A DNA stretch of 64,000 nt from positions 32,001-96,000 of IMG/VR virus record IMGVR_UViG_3300033076_001145. One strand, given 5' to 3'. The DNA is from a virus (Duplodnaviria > Caudoviricetes). The translations under genes were made by a program, and so were the position numbers. The notes under the pieces were generated by a model. The model searched no databases. It saw only the letters and a program-made list of their open reading frames with translations, and had not been told where the DNA came from. Shown here piece after piece: positions 39,473-49,059 of the stretch (position 1 is the stretch's first letter; each line of letters opens with the position of its first letter).

Positions 39473-40866
39473 ACTAAATCGTCTGAACCTAAGATTTGAG
39501 GAATAACACTATTTCTCATATCTTGGGACAGAGACGTTACATTATCCATTGTATTTGTTAAAATAGGACAAACAATTTGAGATATTTTAACCATTAATGT
39601 TTCTTTGGTGTTCTGTGATTGAATTTGTTGAGTTAAAACATTTTGAACAACACCCATTAAATCATCTCCAGTTGTTGTTGGAAATTCAGAAATGATTGTT
39701 GGAGCAATTGCTGAAACTATAACATTTGAAACGGCATTACAATCAAAGAAAACATCAACAACTTTATCATCTGGCGTTGACATTAATTCATCCTTAATTG
39801 TTTTACCAATATCAGATGTCGTTGAGACATTTAGTTTAGACAAAAGGTTATCAATGTACTTTTCTTTGAACCCTCCTTCCAATCCTGCATAAACTACTGA
39901 AAATGCATTTTTGAACGTGGAGTCAACACTCTCATTTAAAGATGAATTAACGACAAATTTTCCCATTGATTTGTAAAATTTATTATATCTTCTGCCTTCA
40001 AAATCCTCATTCATTTTAAAAAGAGTTCTGACCATTTTAACTTCATCAATCTTTTTATTATTTTTTATTTTTTTCAATTTTTCAACAATTGTGTTTTTCA
40101 TAACTTTTCCTTCTTTAATTGTTTTTAATTTCTTTGTTAAAGTTTCTTTGACAGTCTCTTTAATCTCATTTGGGAATTTTAATTTGTCTTCATTAAAGAA
40201 AACTTCACCTCTAGTTTGATTATTCATAACGTTTTTTTTGATTAGGAAATTGACCGCCGGCATCTCATGTAATCTCCAACCTTCAGGTGATTTTTGTAAT
40301 CCTCCCGTATACATAGCCCACAATGTTTTTTCATCACATTGCTCATCCATTATTCTACCAAAATCCCAAACATTGCCAAATCGTTTAATAAAATAATCCA
40401 AAAACCTTTTTGCGGCTTTATCCAAAAACTCATCTTTATAATGTGTTTTGAAAAAATTCTCGGGAGATGTGTCAGGATAACAAGTAATTGGAACTGTTTT
40501 ACTTTTATAATCAACTTTAACTGCGGGTTGTATTTCAGCCTTTGGTTTTTCAGGGGCGGTTTTTGGTGTTTCAGGTTGAGTCTTGCCATCAACCTTTTTT
40601 TTAGATTCATCTTTGGATTTATGAGTATCATTTAAAGTTTGTAATGTTTCCGGCTTCCATGTACTATTTCCAATTTTAAAATTATTACCTTCCCATTTCC
40701 AGCTACCTGTATTACCATCTTTTACCGCTCTTGTGTCATCAAATATTTTATATATTTTTGATTTATCACTTTTAGCAAAATGAAAGTCATATTGAGTATC
40801 ACTTTTTTTTTCAAAAGTACCAGGGTACTTTTTGAATTTTCTAATATCGTCAACTTTAAATGCCAT
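39469..40866 (-). CDS. hypothetical protein with internal leader-like segment
   Basis: IKETVKETL..IKEG...LNES sites in the centre. Confidence 0.65.
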   Translation of the reverse strand: MAFKVDDIRKFKKYPGTFEKKSDTQYDFHFAKSDKSKIYKIFDDTRAVKDGNTGSWKWEGNNFKIGNSTWKPETLQTLNDTHKSKDESKKKVDGKTQPETPKTAPEKPKAEIQPAVKVDYKSKTVPITCYPDTSPENFFKTHYKDEFLDKAAKRFLDYFIKRFGNVWDFGRIMDEQCDEKTLWAMYTGGLQKSPEGWRLHEMPAVNFLIKKNVMNNQTRGEVFFNEDKLKFPNEIKETVKETLTKKLKTIKEGKVMKNTIVEKLKKIKNNKKIDEVKMVRTLFKMNEDFEGRRYNKFYKSMGKFVVNSSLNESVDSTFKNAFSVVYAGLEGGFKEKYIDNLLSKLNVSTTSDIGKTIKDELMSTPDDKVVDVFFDCNAVSNVIVSAIAPTIISEFPTTTGDDLMGVVQNVLTQQIQSQNTKETLMVKISQIVCPILTNTMDNVTSLSQDMRNSVIPQILGSDDLV

Positions 40867-40872
40867 TTTTTA

Positions 40873-42456
40873 TTATTTTGTTTTAAGTGAATCAACTTTT
40901 TGTTTTATGTTTTCTTCCACACCATCGACCCATTGTTTGAATTTGTCATAACTACTTGACGCAATTTCAAATTCAATCGGGGGTTTATCTTTAACTCTAT
41001 ACCAATCTGATAAAGTTTCTGTTGGAGTTTCATTTCCCTCAGCATCCATAACCATCTCAGATTTAATAAATCTTACAACCATTGCTCCACCTAATTTTTC
41101 ATCTGAATAGAAAGAACTTTGAATTTGATTATTTATTGTGTAACCCGTTGGTGAGAATTGGAGACTTCTCCTCTTAGCAGCTTCTTCTATTTTTGACATT
41201 AATTCATTTCTATCATCTTCATCTTCAATATCATTATAATAAACAGAATTATCAAACCCATCAGCAATTGCTTCTCCTGCCGCTGACATTCCATCGTTAA
41301 CTACTTCTTTTGTAACTCCAAAAATTTCAAATATGTTAATTTTTCCATCAGATAAGTCATAAACTAATCCACCAATAACAGTAATACCCAAAACATAAGC
41401 TAAATAACATCCAAGTTTTTCTTTTTTTACAACGTCCCCGCTTTTTTGTGTTGCCAAACTAAAACCGGTCCAAGTTTTTACAGAGCTTTGTGTCACTTGT
41501 TCCCTAACAGTACAACCCAATTTAGTTGTTACCCTTTCCAAATTACTTAAATCAATACCATTTAATTTTGCAAATTTGTCAATCTCAGCTGGAAAGTCAA
41601 ATCCATATCCACCTTTCGATGTTTTAGAAGCACCCTCGAGCCAATTTTTTAATCTATCAAAATCTTCAATATTTTTACCATCTTTAAAATAATTATAAAT
41701 TTTAGGGTCACGATTGTATTTTATAAGTTGGTCTAAAATCCCCAATGGATTTTTTTTATTAATTTCTTCTTGTATTTTTAACCACATCTCCTCTAATAAT
41801 TTTTCTAAGTCCCCACCAACAACTATAGTTTCTCCGGTTTTAAAATGTTTGTTTAAATAATTGTTAGTATCTGTACTTGTAACTTTTTCCGCATATTCAT
41901 CAACTATAATGTCAGGTATTCCAAATTGAGTTTTTAAGTTATCTAAAAAATTAGTCCATTCAGTAATTTTGTCTACCGTTGAGATTTCTTTTGACATCTC
42001 TTTCTTTTGTAAGAATTCCCATTTTTTCGCAATAACGTCATACAATTTGAATTGTTTTCCTGAGAAATCGATGATGGTTTCCCCAATTTTTATTGCGGAT
42101 GATTCAAGAACTTCTCTAAATGCAGGGTTTTTTAACAAAAATGACAACATTTCTTCTAATTCTACCGAAGATTTACTTTCAACTTTTTCAAAAAATTCAA
42201 CTAAAACTTCGTTAGTTGTTCTCGGATTTGACTTTGACGAATTGGTCGCAATTTTATCAGCCAATGATTCTCCCTCCACAGTAAATTTTCCAGGGTTATC
42301 CCTAAAATATTTTTCAATTTCATCTTCACTTTTTTTATCAAATAATGCGTCTAAAATTTTTTCCCAAGTTTTATTCACTGCCGCCGCTTCGGTTATAACT
42401 TTAAGCCCCATTAATTCTCTGTACCTATTTATTTCTGTTAAAATTTTTTTATTCAT
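40873..42456 (-). CDS. leader-bearing protein with one TM-like segment
   Basis: MNKKILTEINRYRELMGLKVITE; YLAYVLGITVIGGLVY. Confidence 0.7.
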   Translation of the reverse strand: MNKKILTEINRYRELMGLKVITEAAAVNKTWEKILDALFDKKSEDEIEKYFRDNPGKFTVEGESLADKIATNSSKSNPRTTNEVLVEFFEKVESKSSVELEEMLSFLLKNPAFREVLESSAIKIGETIIDFSGKQFKLYDVIAKKWEFLQKKEMSKEISTVDKITEWTNFLDNLKTQFGIPDIIVDEYAEKVTSTDTNNYLNKHFKTGETIVVGGDLEKLLEEMWLKIQEEINKKNPLGILDQLIKYNRDPKIYNYFKDGKNIEDFDRLKNWLEGASKTSKGGYGFDFPAEIDKFAKLNGIDLSNLERVTTKLGCTVREQVTQSSVKTWTGFSLATQKSGDVVKKEKLGCYLAYVLGITVIGGLVYDLSDGKINIFEIFGVTKEVVNDGMSAAGEAIADGFDNSVYYNDIEDEDDRNELMSKIEEAAKRRSLQFSPTGYTINNQIQSSFYSDEKLGGAMVVRFIKSEMVMDAEGNETPTETLSDWYRVKDKPPIEFEIASSSYDKFKQWVDGVEENIKQKVDSLKTK

Positions 42457-42476
42457 ACTGATAAATATTCTTAATT

Positions 42477-44138
42477 TTATTGTTTTACCTTTGTTGTGTC
42501 ACTCCCAACTAAATAATCTACAAAATCATCTCCAAAAATTGCAATTAATTCTTCTTTAGGTGTTGAATTAATTTTTTGTTGTACCAATTCAGATTGTCTG
42601 TTTATTAAATCTTGTGTAATTTTTACTGCGTTTTTATATTCTTCACTATTTTTATCTGAATTATAACCGTCTATTATAGATTTTGCAACAATTTCTCTTG
42701 ATTCTTCAGGAATCTCACTCAAAAATATATAAACAGTATATTCCTCAATCGGAGTTAATTCAGAACCCTTTATTTTAGTTAATACATCCCCTAACTGGTG
42801 TATTAAAGTGATGTCCATAGCTAAAGTAGAAGCGAATTTAGCTAATCTTTTACCTGATACTAAAGTTGCCTTGGGTAAATTCTTAATAGAACCGGATAAT
42901 AATGTACTAAATAATCCTCTTACAGTTTCAATCTTTATTCCATTTTTCTGTATTTCCTGAGAGGCCAATTTAACTATTGACTCATACATACTTTTTATTT
43001 CACTTGTTTTTAATTGTGAAACAGACGCCAAAATTTCTTTTAATTCAGGTTTTAAACTTTGATACAATTCACCCCACTCTGAACCTGTTTTTGGTGATTT
43101 TTGAATAATTAATTCGGAAAGTTCTTGACATAATTTTGTAAATTTATCTTTTCCAAATTTTTTTACAACCTCATCCAAAACCGGAGAATATATTTTTCCA
43201 TGTATTAACGGTAACATTGCAAAAAATACATTAAATGCGGTCGCCTTTGGGTCGTCCCATATTTTCCATTGTACCGCACCTACTGTTAAATTAAAAACCG
43301 CATTAGCGGCATATGCACACATTACAACGTATGGGCCGCACGCAATACTCGCAACGTCTAAAACTATTTGAACGACCATTTCAATATGTAATCCAAAGTC
43401 ATCCCAAAAAACTTTTGAGGGGGTTCTCTTATCTATAAATGTCTGGGGGTTATAACTTGTCCATTTGGATGGGTCTTGTTTATCCTGGGTAAATACACTT
43501 TTTTTAACTACCCATCCTCTAGAATTTTCTTTTGGATTAATTGACATATCTCTATTTTCTACAGGTAATTCAAATAATTTAACAAAGTCAACGTCTTCCG
43601 GTAACTCAGATAAAAAATGTTCATCTAAATTAAAATCAAACCATCCTGTTTTTTCTTCTCTTAAAACTTTTGTTCCTTTTGGTATTTTGAAACCGATGAA
43701 GTCAGTTAAACCTTGCCCATCTTCCCAGCTTGGGTCAGGGTAGTACAGTTTTGTATTTTCATCCACATTTGAAAAGATTCTATTATTACCAATCCTTTGT
43801 CTTATAGTTTTAACGTAATTATATCTTCCCTTATCGTCAATTCCATCATATTTTAACCCTTTAATAAATGATTCACTATTATTAGGAGCAATTCCTACCG
43901 CACTCTGAGGTACTTCGTATTTTTCATTACCAATAGTTATCGTTTTATATGGGGTAATAGGTCCTTCATTTTCTAATTGTTTAAAAAAGTTATCGGAAAC
44001 ATTTGGTTCTGTCGCCAAACTTGGATACATTTGACCATATTGTTCTAATAAAAATTCTAAATTTTCAGTAAGAGTGGTTTTATTATCGTATTTCATCAAT
44101 AACAAAACTCTTTCTAATATTTCTTTCTTATCACTCAT
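42477..44138 (-). CDS. leader-bearing protein with hydrophobic hairpin
   Basis: MSDKKEILERVLLLMKY..TLTEN..LLEQ; VVQIVLDVASIACGPYVVMCAYAANAVFNLTVGAV. Confidence 0.7.
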   Translation of the reverse strand: MSDKKEILERVLLLMKYDNKTTLTENLEFLLEQYGQMYPSLATEPNVSDNFFKQLENEGPITPYKTITIGNEKYEVPQSAVGIAPNNSESFIKGLKYDGIDDKGRYNYVKTIRQRIGNNRIFSNVDENTKLYYPDPSWEDGQGLTDFIGFKIPKGTKVLREEKTGWFDFNLDEHFLSELPEDVDFVKLFELPVENRDMSINPKENSRGWVVKKSVFTQDKQDPSKWTSYNPQTFIDKRTPSKVFWDDFGLHIEMVVQIVLDVASIACGPYVVMCAYAANAVFNLTVGAVQWKIWDDPKATAFNVFFAMLPLIHGKIYSPVLDEVVKKFGKDKFTKLCQELSELIIQKSPKTGSEWGELYQSLKPELKEILASVSQLKTSEIKSMYESIVKLASQEIQKNGIKIETVRGLFSTLLSGSIKNLPKATLVSGKRLAKFASTLAMDITLIHQLGDVLTKIKGSELTPIEEYTVYIFLSEIPEESREIVAKSIIDGYNSDKNSEEYKNAVKITQDLINRQSELVQQKINSTPKEELIAIFGDDFVDYLVGSDTTKVKQ

Positions 44139-44139
44139 T

Positions 44140-44394
44140 TTACCAAATCTGATTTGCAATTCCTCTTGTTAATCCTGTTGACCATTTTTCACCGGCTTTA
44201 CCCAACATATTTGCCTTACCTCTTTTAGTTTGATAAAACTCTTCCCACTTTGGGACTTTTGGATACCCTTCAGTGGAACCTCCCCCACCTCCTGACGGAG
44301 CCGCTTCACCTTGTTCTGACAACTCACCATCAACAGAACTTGGGTTGGATAAACTTCTCAACAAGTTAATGTATAAATCAATATTATATTCCAT
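44140..44394 (-). CDS. small late protein with LSE site
   Basis: GELSEQ...KWE...RGKANML; TATTTAT upstream. Confidence 0.65.
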   Translation of the reverse strand: MEYNIDLYINLLRSLSNPSSVDGELSEQGEAAPSGGGGGSTEGYPKVPKWEEFYQTKRGKANMLGKAGEKWSTGLTRGIANQIW

Positions 44395-44440
44395 TATAAT
44401 ATAAATACTTGCTAAGAAATAATAATACTATTTTTTGATT

Positions 44441-44791
44441 TTAGAATAGTTGAGGTTCAGGTAATTCATTGTCACCTGAGGAGTAATATTCATTTAGAAA
44501 TAGTTTTAGTTCGGTCTCGTCGATGATATCCTCCTCGTCAGTTTCATCATCAAAAATAAATTCGTCAGTTTCTTCTTCGTAACTAAAGTTAAATTCATCT
44601 GAATCAAAATCACTATTATCTAAAAGTAAAAATCCGTAGTCTTCCGCTACGGATAATTCAAATTCAGTTTCACGAATATATTCGTCAGAATCCCCTTTTA
44701 CTCTAAATGATACTTTAACAGTTTCTATTTTACTGTTATAATAATAATCAACTATTTCTTTGATTAACATTAGATTAGTCTTTTGAACCAA
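44441..44791 (-). CDS. acidic hypothetical protein
   Basis: ORF; true start may be ATG at about 44770. Confidence 0.65.
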   Translation of the reverse strand: MVQKTNLMLIKEIVDYYYNSKIETVKVSFRVKGDSDEYIRETEFELSVAEDYGFLLLDNSDFDSDEFNFSYEEETDEFIFDDETDEEDIIDETELKLFLNEYYSSGDNELPEPQLF

Positions 44792-45195
44792 TTCAATGAC
44801 TCATTAATTTCTTTAACTACTGAGTCTTTTTTGCTTTTTATTTTGATGCTTTCTTCAATTTGTTCTTCTGAATACATTCCAGTACCACATTCGTTACACT
44901 CATCTTCCATCATTTCTTTTTCTTCACCACACTCACACATGTCGCCTTCATATAAGTTACCACACTCATTACATCTTGATTTCATAGGTTGGTTAATTCC
45001 AGTGTTTTTGTATTCTGTAACATCACCTTTAGCACTAACAGTGATACCGCCAGAATCCTGAGCCAAGTTCTCAACTTGTAACGGAGTCATATTACCTTTT
45101 GGTTGCATAACCTGATAACCGTCATATTGTTCTCTATGTTTTTCTGTGATAGATTTTTTCTCTTCTTCAGATATGTTTAAAAAATAAGCTTTCAT
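44770..45195 (-). CDS. leader-bearing protein with CxECG repeats
   Basis: MKAYFLNISEEEKKSITEKH; CNECG/CECG/CNECG. Confidence 0.7.
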   Translation of the reverse strand: MKAYFLNISEEEKKSITEKHREQYDGYQVMQPKGNMTPLQVENLAQDSGGITVSAKGDVTEYKNTGINQPMKSRCNECGNLYEGDMCECGEEKEMMEDECNECGTGMYSEEQIEESIKIKSKKDSVVKEINESLNWFKRLI

Positions 45196-45267
45196 AATTT
45201 GTTTTTGCAATAAATATATTGTCAATATCATTTGACAAAAAAAAGTATTATTATTAAATTTAATCTT

Positions 45268-45768
45268 ATGACACCTGAATTATCAAAACAACCAATATTT
45301 AAAGACCACAGAGGTTCTTTCACCCCAATTAAATTATCTGAAAAATGGGTCCAATCAAATGTTAGTATCAATGACGATATAATGGTCTTTAGAGGGTTAC
45401 ACCTACAGAAACACCCAAAGTCACAAGCAAAACAAGTAATGATTCTTCAGGGACGAGTTTTGGATTTTTGTGTTTGTGTTGATAAACTAAATCCTAACTT
45501 TGGTAAGACTTTTGAGTTTATGATGAGTGAAGGTGATAGTTTATATGTTCCTCATGGATATGCTCACGGATTTTTAACTTTGCAAAGTGGAACTATTGTT
45601 ACTTATTTGGTTGATGAGGAATATTCACCTGAACACGAAGTATCAATCAAATGGGAAAGTGTGGAGGATGTTAAAGAATCAATTACAAAAATTACATCAG
45701 GATTTATTTTCAAATTAAAAATGAGTGATAAGGACCGTGATGGTATTGAACTTTCTGAACTACTATGA
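45268..45768 (+). CDS. rmlC: dTDP-4-dehydrorhamnose 3,5-epimerase-like cupin
   Basis: FKDHRGSF, QSNVS, RGLHLQ, QAK, YVPHGYAHGFLTL. Confidence 0.85.
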   Translation: MTPELSKQPIFKDHRGSFTPIKLSEKWVQSNVSINDDIMVFRGLHLQKHPKSQAKQVMILQGRVLDFCVCVDKLNPNFGKTFEFMMSEGDSLYVPHGYAHGFLTLQSGTIVTYLVDEEYSPEHEVSIKWESVEDVKESITKITSGFIFKLKMSDKDRDGIELSELL

Positions 45769-46025
45769 TTGACTATATAAATGAACACGCCGAAGGCGCG
45801 GTATTATTAACAGGATTCGACAACTGTATTGTTGGGGTCGTTGAAGAATTTGGTGGTAACCGAGTATTATATTCAAAAGAAAAAATAATTCAAAAACTCA
45901 TGGAAGACATGAGTGAAGAGGAGGCTTACGAGTATTTTGATTATAATATTATTGGTGGATACTTTGGGGACCAAAATCCTGTTTTTTTATCAAAACTCTT
46001 TCATTCGTTGTCTCATCCAAAATGA
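45765..46025 (+). CDS. small phage protein
   Basis: GFDNCIVG...YS..KII..LM...EEA.EYFDYNIIGGYFG..NPVF. Confidence 0.7.
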   Translation: MIDYINEHAEGAVLLTGFDNCIVGVVEEFGGNRVLYSKEKIIQKLMEDMSEEEAYEYFDYNIIGGYFGDQNPVFLSKLFHSLSHPK

Positions 46026-46649
46026 GGTAATTACAGAGTCAAATCTTTTTAACCATCTATTGATATTTTCGGCGGAAACTTCTTTATCATTTTCCTCCAA
46101 ATAAGAAATAACTCCATTAACCATATATTGTTGTGATTTGTCGGACATTTCTAACATATGGTCATATTCATCATTATCCTCAACATATGCATGAAACTTA
46201 TTAATGTTATTTTTACCCATCCATAGATATGGCGCAGCTTGGAGCATATTAATTATTCCAGACCTTCTTAAAGCAGTCAAAAAATCATAGAAATAATCCA
46301 TTCCATCTTCACCGAAATAGTCATAAAGTTCTGTTATTTTTTCCATATCCTTCATGTCCATTGACTCGGTAATGACATTAAGTGAATCCTCACCAAATTC
46401 TTCAATAAAGTCTGATTCAAGCATCCACATATCTTTTTGGTCTTTTTTATTTGACTCGTCAATTAATGCTAAATCCGACCCATTATCCCATTTCACATTA
46501 ATTTGAGTCCAAGAACCACCAATATCTTCGACACGAGTTACAGTACCAGTGTCACCAAAAGTCACAGAGGTTTCACCTCCCATAATTAAACAAACCACCC
46601 TATCACCTTTTTTTAAATTCGTAGGGTTAGTATTAATATTGTTTCTCAT
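45990..46649 (-). CDS. DUF4314-like SH3 domain joined to a DUF5049-like helical domain
   Basis: GDRV...GTV..V.D.G..I.VKWDNGS.LAL; L.ALRRSGIINM; ITE site in the linker. Confidence 0.55.
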   Translation of the reverse strand: MRNNINTNPTNLKKGDRVVCLIMGGETSVTFGDTGTVTRVEDIGGSWTQINVKWDNGSDLALIDESNKKDQKDMWMLESDFIEEFGEDSLNVITESMDMKDMEKITELYDYFGEDGMDYFYDFLTALRRSGIINMLQAAPYLWMGKNNINKFHAYVEDNDEYDHMLEMSDKSQQYMVNGVISYLEENDKEVSAENINRWLKRFDSVITSFWMRQRMKEF

Positions 46650-46650
46650 A

Positions 46651-46662
46651 TATTTATAAATA
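46651..46662. promoter_or_regulatory. bidirectional palindromic TATTTATAAATA element
   Basis: Fills the 15-bp gap between divergent ATGs at 46649 and 46665. Confidence 0.7.
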
Positions 46663-46664
46663 CT

Positions 46665-47294
46665 ATGAAAATTTTAATTTCCGAATCCACAAATAAGATG
46701 ATTTTAACCGAATCAGTCTTAGATGATATTAAAACCACATTAAAGTCCGCAAAAGAAGTTGCAATTGAGACAATCAAAAACACCTCAAAACAATTAAATA
46801 TGGACTTAAAGTTCCTCTTAACTTGGGGAGCGTCAATCGGTGGGATTATGGGTCCTTTAATGGATTATATTAACGGAAATTATCCTGAATTAGACAAAGC
46901 ATCTGCATACTCTTTGGTTGTCGGGGCAGTTAGTATCGTTTTTTATAATAACGGAAAACAAATTGTAAGACTTATCGAAGAAATTAAAGAAAAAGGATTA
47001 AGTGATATTTTTAGTGATGTCTTAGAAAAGACAAAGGAATTAAAAAATTCATTATCAGATTTTGTTGAGTCTTTGGGGGTAACAGTAAATCAAGTTGGGA
47101 ATATTATCTCTTACGCATTTTTAATACCTGTAATACCAATGATAATTAGTTTAATTAACGATGTTAATCCTGACACATCAGTGATTGTTGGGAAAATAAC
47201 AAAAAGTCTATTGTCTTCAGGTGGAGTTGCTTTAAGTGCAAATCTTTTGAAGGTTTTACTTACGAAAATAGTTGATAGGATTAGACAAAATTAA
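46665..47294 (+). CDS. leader-bearing membrane protein
   Basis: MKILISESTNKMILTES; 3-4 hydrophobic segments. Confidence 0.7.
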   Translation: MKILISESTNKMILTESVLDDIKTTLKSAKEVAIETIKNTSKQLNMDLKFLLTWGASIGGIMGPLMDYINGNYPELDKASAYSLVVGAVSIVFYNNGKQIVRLIEEIKEKGLSDIFSDVLEKTKELKNSLSDFVESLGVTVNQVGNIISYAFLIPVIPMIISLINDVNPDTSVIVGKITKSLLSSGGVALSANLLKVLLTKIVDRIRQN

Positions 47295-47547
47295 TCTTAA
47301 TTTTCAAATCCCCGTTTCCCTTAATTGTCCTGTGATAAATTCCTTCGGGTATAAAGTATTTTTCACCTACCTTCATTTCAACAGGTAACTCATTGTCCAA
47401 TTGTAACATCCATCCATTCCCTTCCAAAATTTCAACTTCTCTATCTTCTCTGTCTCTATGCCAATGAAGCTCTCCTGAATCAACATTTGATTCAAATATT
47501 CTGATTTTTGATTTTTCTGAAATTTGTGAGTCTAAGTATGGTTTCAT
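47281..47547 (-). CDS. small cupin
   Basis: WHRDREDR...IPEGIYHRTIKG. Confidence 0.75.
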   Translation of the reverse strand: MKPYLDSQISEKSKIRIFESNVDSGELHWHRDREDREVEILEGNGWMLQLDNELPVEMKVGEKYFIPEGIYHRTIKGNGDLKIKINFV

Positions 47548-47548
47548 A

Positions 47549-48151
47549 TTACCAAAAACCTGGATAAGTTCGTCCTCCCCAGAGGTGACCGAATCGATTG
47601 AGGCGACACGCCCAGTAACCGGCTTTCATTCTATCATTTTTCTTATCACATTGGTGTCTCGAAGCAAATGCTTTACGAGCCTTTGGGTTAGATACCTTAG
47701 CAGTAAGACCACCTTTAACATCTCCAAAAGAAATTTTCTTAACTCTTCCTGTTGATGGGTTTTTTACATATACCACATATTTTTTACCTCCACCAGTGTT
47801 TCTTCTTGGTTTTCCAAGTTCAACTTTTTTACCGTTATATTCTGCTTCGGCAATAAATTCCTCAGCAAGTGGGATATCTAAATAAACTTCCTTTCCGTTT
47901 TTAAGAGTAACTTTATTACCCAAATCACTTTCAACAAGTTCAATCTCCTCCTCGGATAGTTCCATATATCCTTCATTATATAACTCTCTAACCTCATTAA
48001 TTAAGTCAAAGAATTTTTGTGAATGTGGTCTAAACACATTTTCCATTAATGATAATTCATTATCCAAATGAAATCTTAAACTTTCCGAAACCAAAATTTC
48101 AGGTTCAGAATGTTCCAATAAAGTTTTTCTTAAAATTTTTTCAATGTTCAT
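47549..48151 (-). CDS. leader-bearing protein with basic C-terminal module
   Basis: MNIEKILRKTLLE; IAE-AEY.GKKVELGKP...KKYVVYV...FGD...AF.SRHQC...AGYWAC. Confidence 0.7.
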   Translation of the reverse strand: MNIEKILRKTLLEHSEPEILVSESLRFHLDNELSLMENVFRPHSQKFFDLINEVRELYNEGYMELSEEEIELVESDLGNKVTLKNGKEVYLDIPLAEEFIAEAEYNGKKVELGKPRRNTGGGKKYVVYVKNPSTGRVKKISFGDVKGGLTAKVSNPKARKAFASRHQCDKKNDRMKAGYWACRLNRFGHLWGGRTYPGFW

Positions 48152-48351
48152 TTTTTCTCACGAAATAAGAAATACAATCCAAAAAATGATAGTGCAATAC
48201 CATAGAAAATACCTGTGGTAGTCCAATAGGAATTCGTAGCATTTAATATCATTTTGAAAATGATGTCGAATCCTAAAGGGTTGAAAAACATTCCAGCCAT
48301 TAGACAGAAAGTTGCTATATTTTTGCGGAATATTTGTCTCCAAGTCATCAC
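48148..48351 (-). CDS. small two-TM membrane protein
   Basis: Two hydrophobic segments, basic C-terminus. Confidence 0.6.
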   Translation of the reverse strand: MMTWRQIFRKNIATFCLMAGMFFNPLGFDIIFKMILNATNSYWTTTGIFYGIALSFFGLYFLFREKK

Positions 48352-48471
48352 TATCCATTTATTTGGGTTTAAAGTTTATGAATCTGAATAAATCAAATTC
48401 TTTTTCATAAATATTTTGTGGGAATGAATATTTTATATATATTTGTAGAAATAATTAAAAAGTCAATAACT

Positions 48472-49032
48472 ATGAAAAACTTAATTTCAACTATTGTATT
48501 TGTTTTGGCGAGTTTGTTCTCTGTTGGTCAGTATGTAAAACCTAAATTAGTTAATACTACTTATGTTGAAGCAACTGAAATTGAAAAATTGGTGTTGGAT
48601 GAAGTAAATAAACAAAGAAAGTTACATGGGTTAGTTGCATGCATCTTTAGTCCTCAGGCCAAAGAAATGTCGAAATATCACGCAATTTATTTATCAGATT
48701 ATAATTCAGAGTTATCACATGATGAACCCAATGATGTTAAAAATTTTATTGAGTTGTCGTTTGAAGAAAGAGCCGATAAATTTTTAAAGGGTAAAGATGT
48801 TGGAGAATGCGCTCAGGATAACTCCCTAACTAATTTCAATAATGTTCCAAATTGGAACAATGTAATTAGTAAAGAAATTGTTACTCGATGGATGAACTCC
48901 CCAAGACATAAAGCAATAATGCTAAACCCAAACTATAGATATTTTGCAGTATCTGTTTTGGATGTTATTCATCACATGGATAACAATGATGATTATCACT
49001 ATTCATCCCCAGTTTTGGTTCTATACAAATAA
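48472..49032 (+). CDS. CAP/SCP domain protein with signal peptide
   Basis: VNKQRK.HGL, HA.YL, SH, GEC, WMNSPRH..IML; N-terminal MKNLISTIVFVLASLFSVG. Confidence 0.85.
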   Translation: MKNLISTIVFVLASLFSVGQYVKPKLVNTTYVEATEIEKLVLDEVNKQRKLHGLVACIFSPQAKEMSKYHAIYLSDYNSELSHDEPNDVKNFIELSFEERADKFLKGKDVGECAQDNSLTNFNNVPNWNNVISKEIVTRWMNSPRHKAIMLNPNYRYFAVSVLDVIHHMDNNDDYHYSSPVLVLYK

Positions 49033-49059
49033 AAAAAGGGATTTAAAATCCCTTTTTTT
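49031..49059. terminator. bidirectional terminator
   Basis: A7-GGGATTT-a-AAATCCC-T7. Confidence 0.75.
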
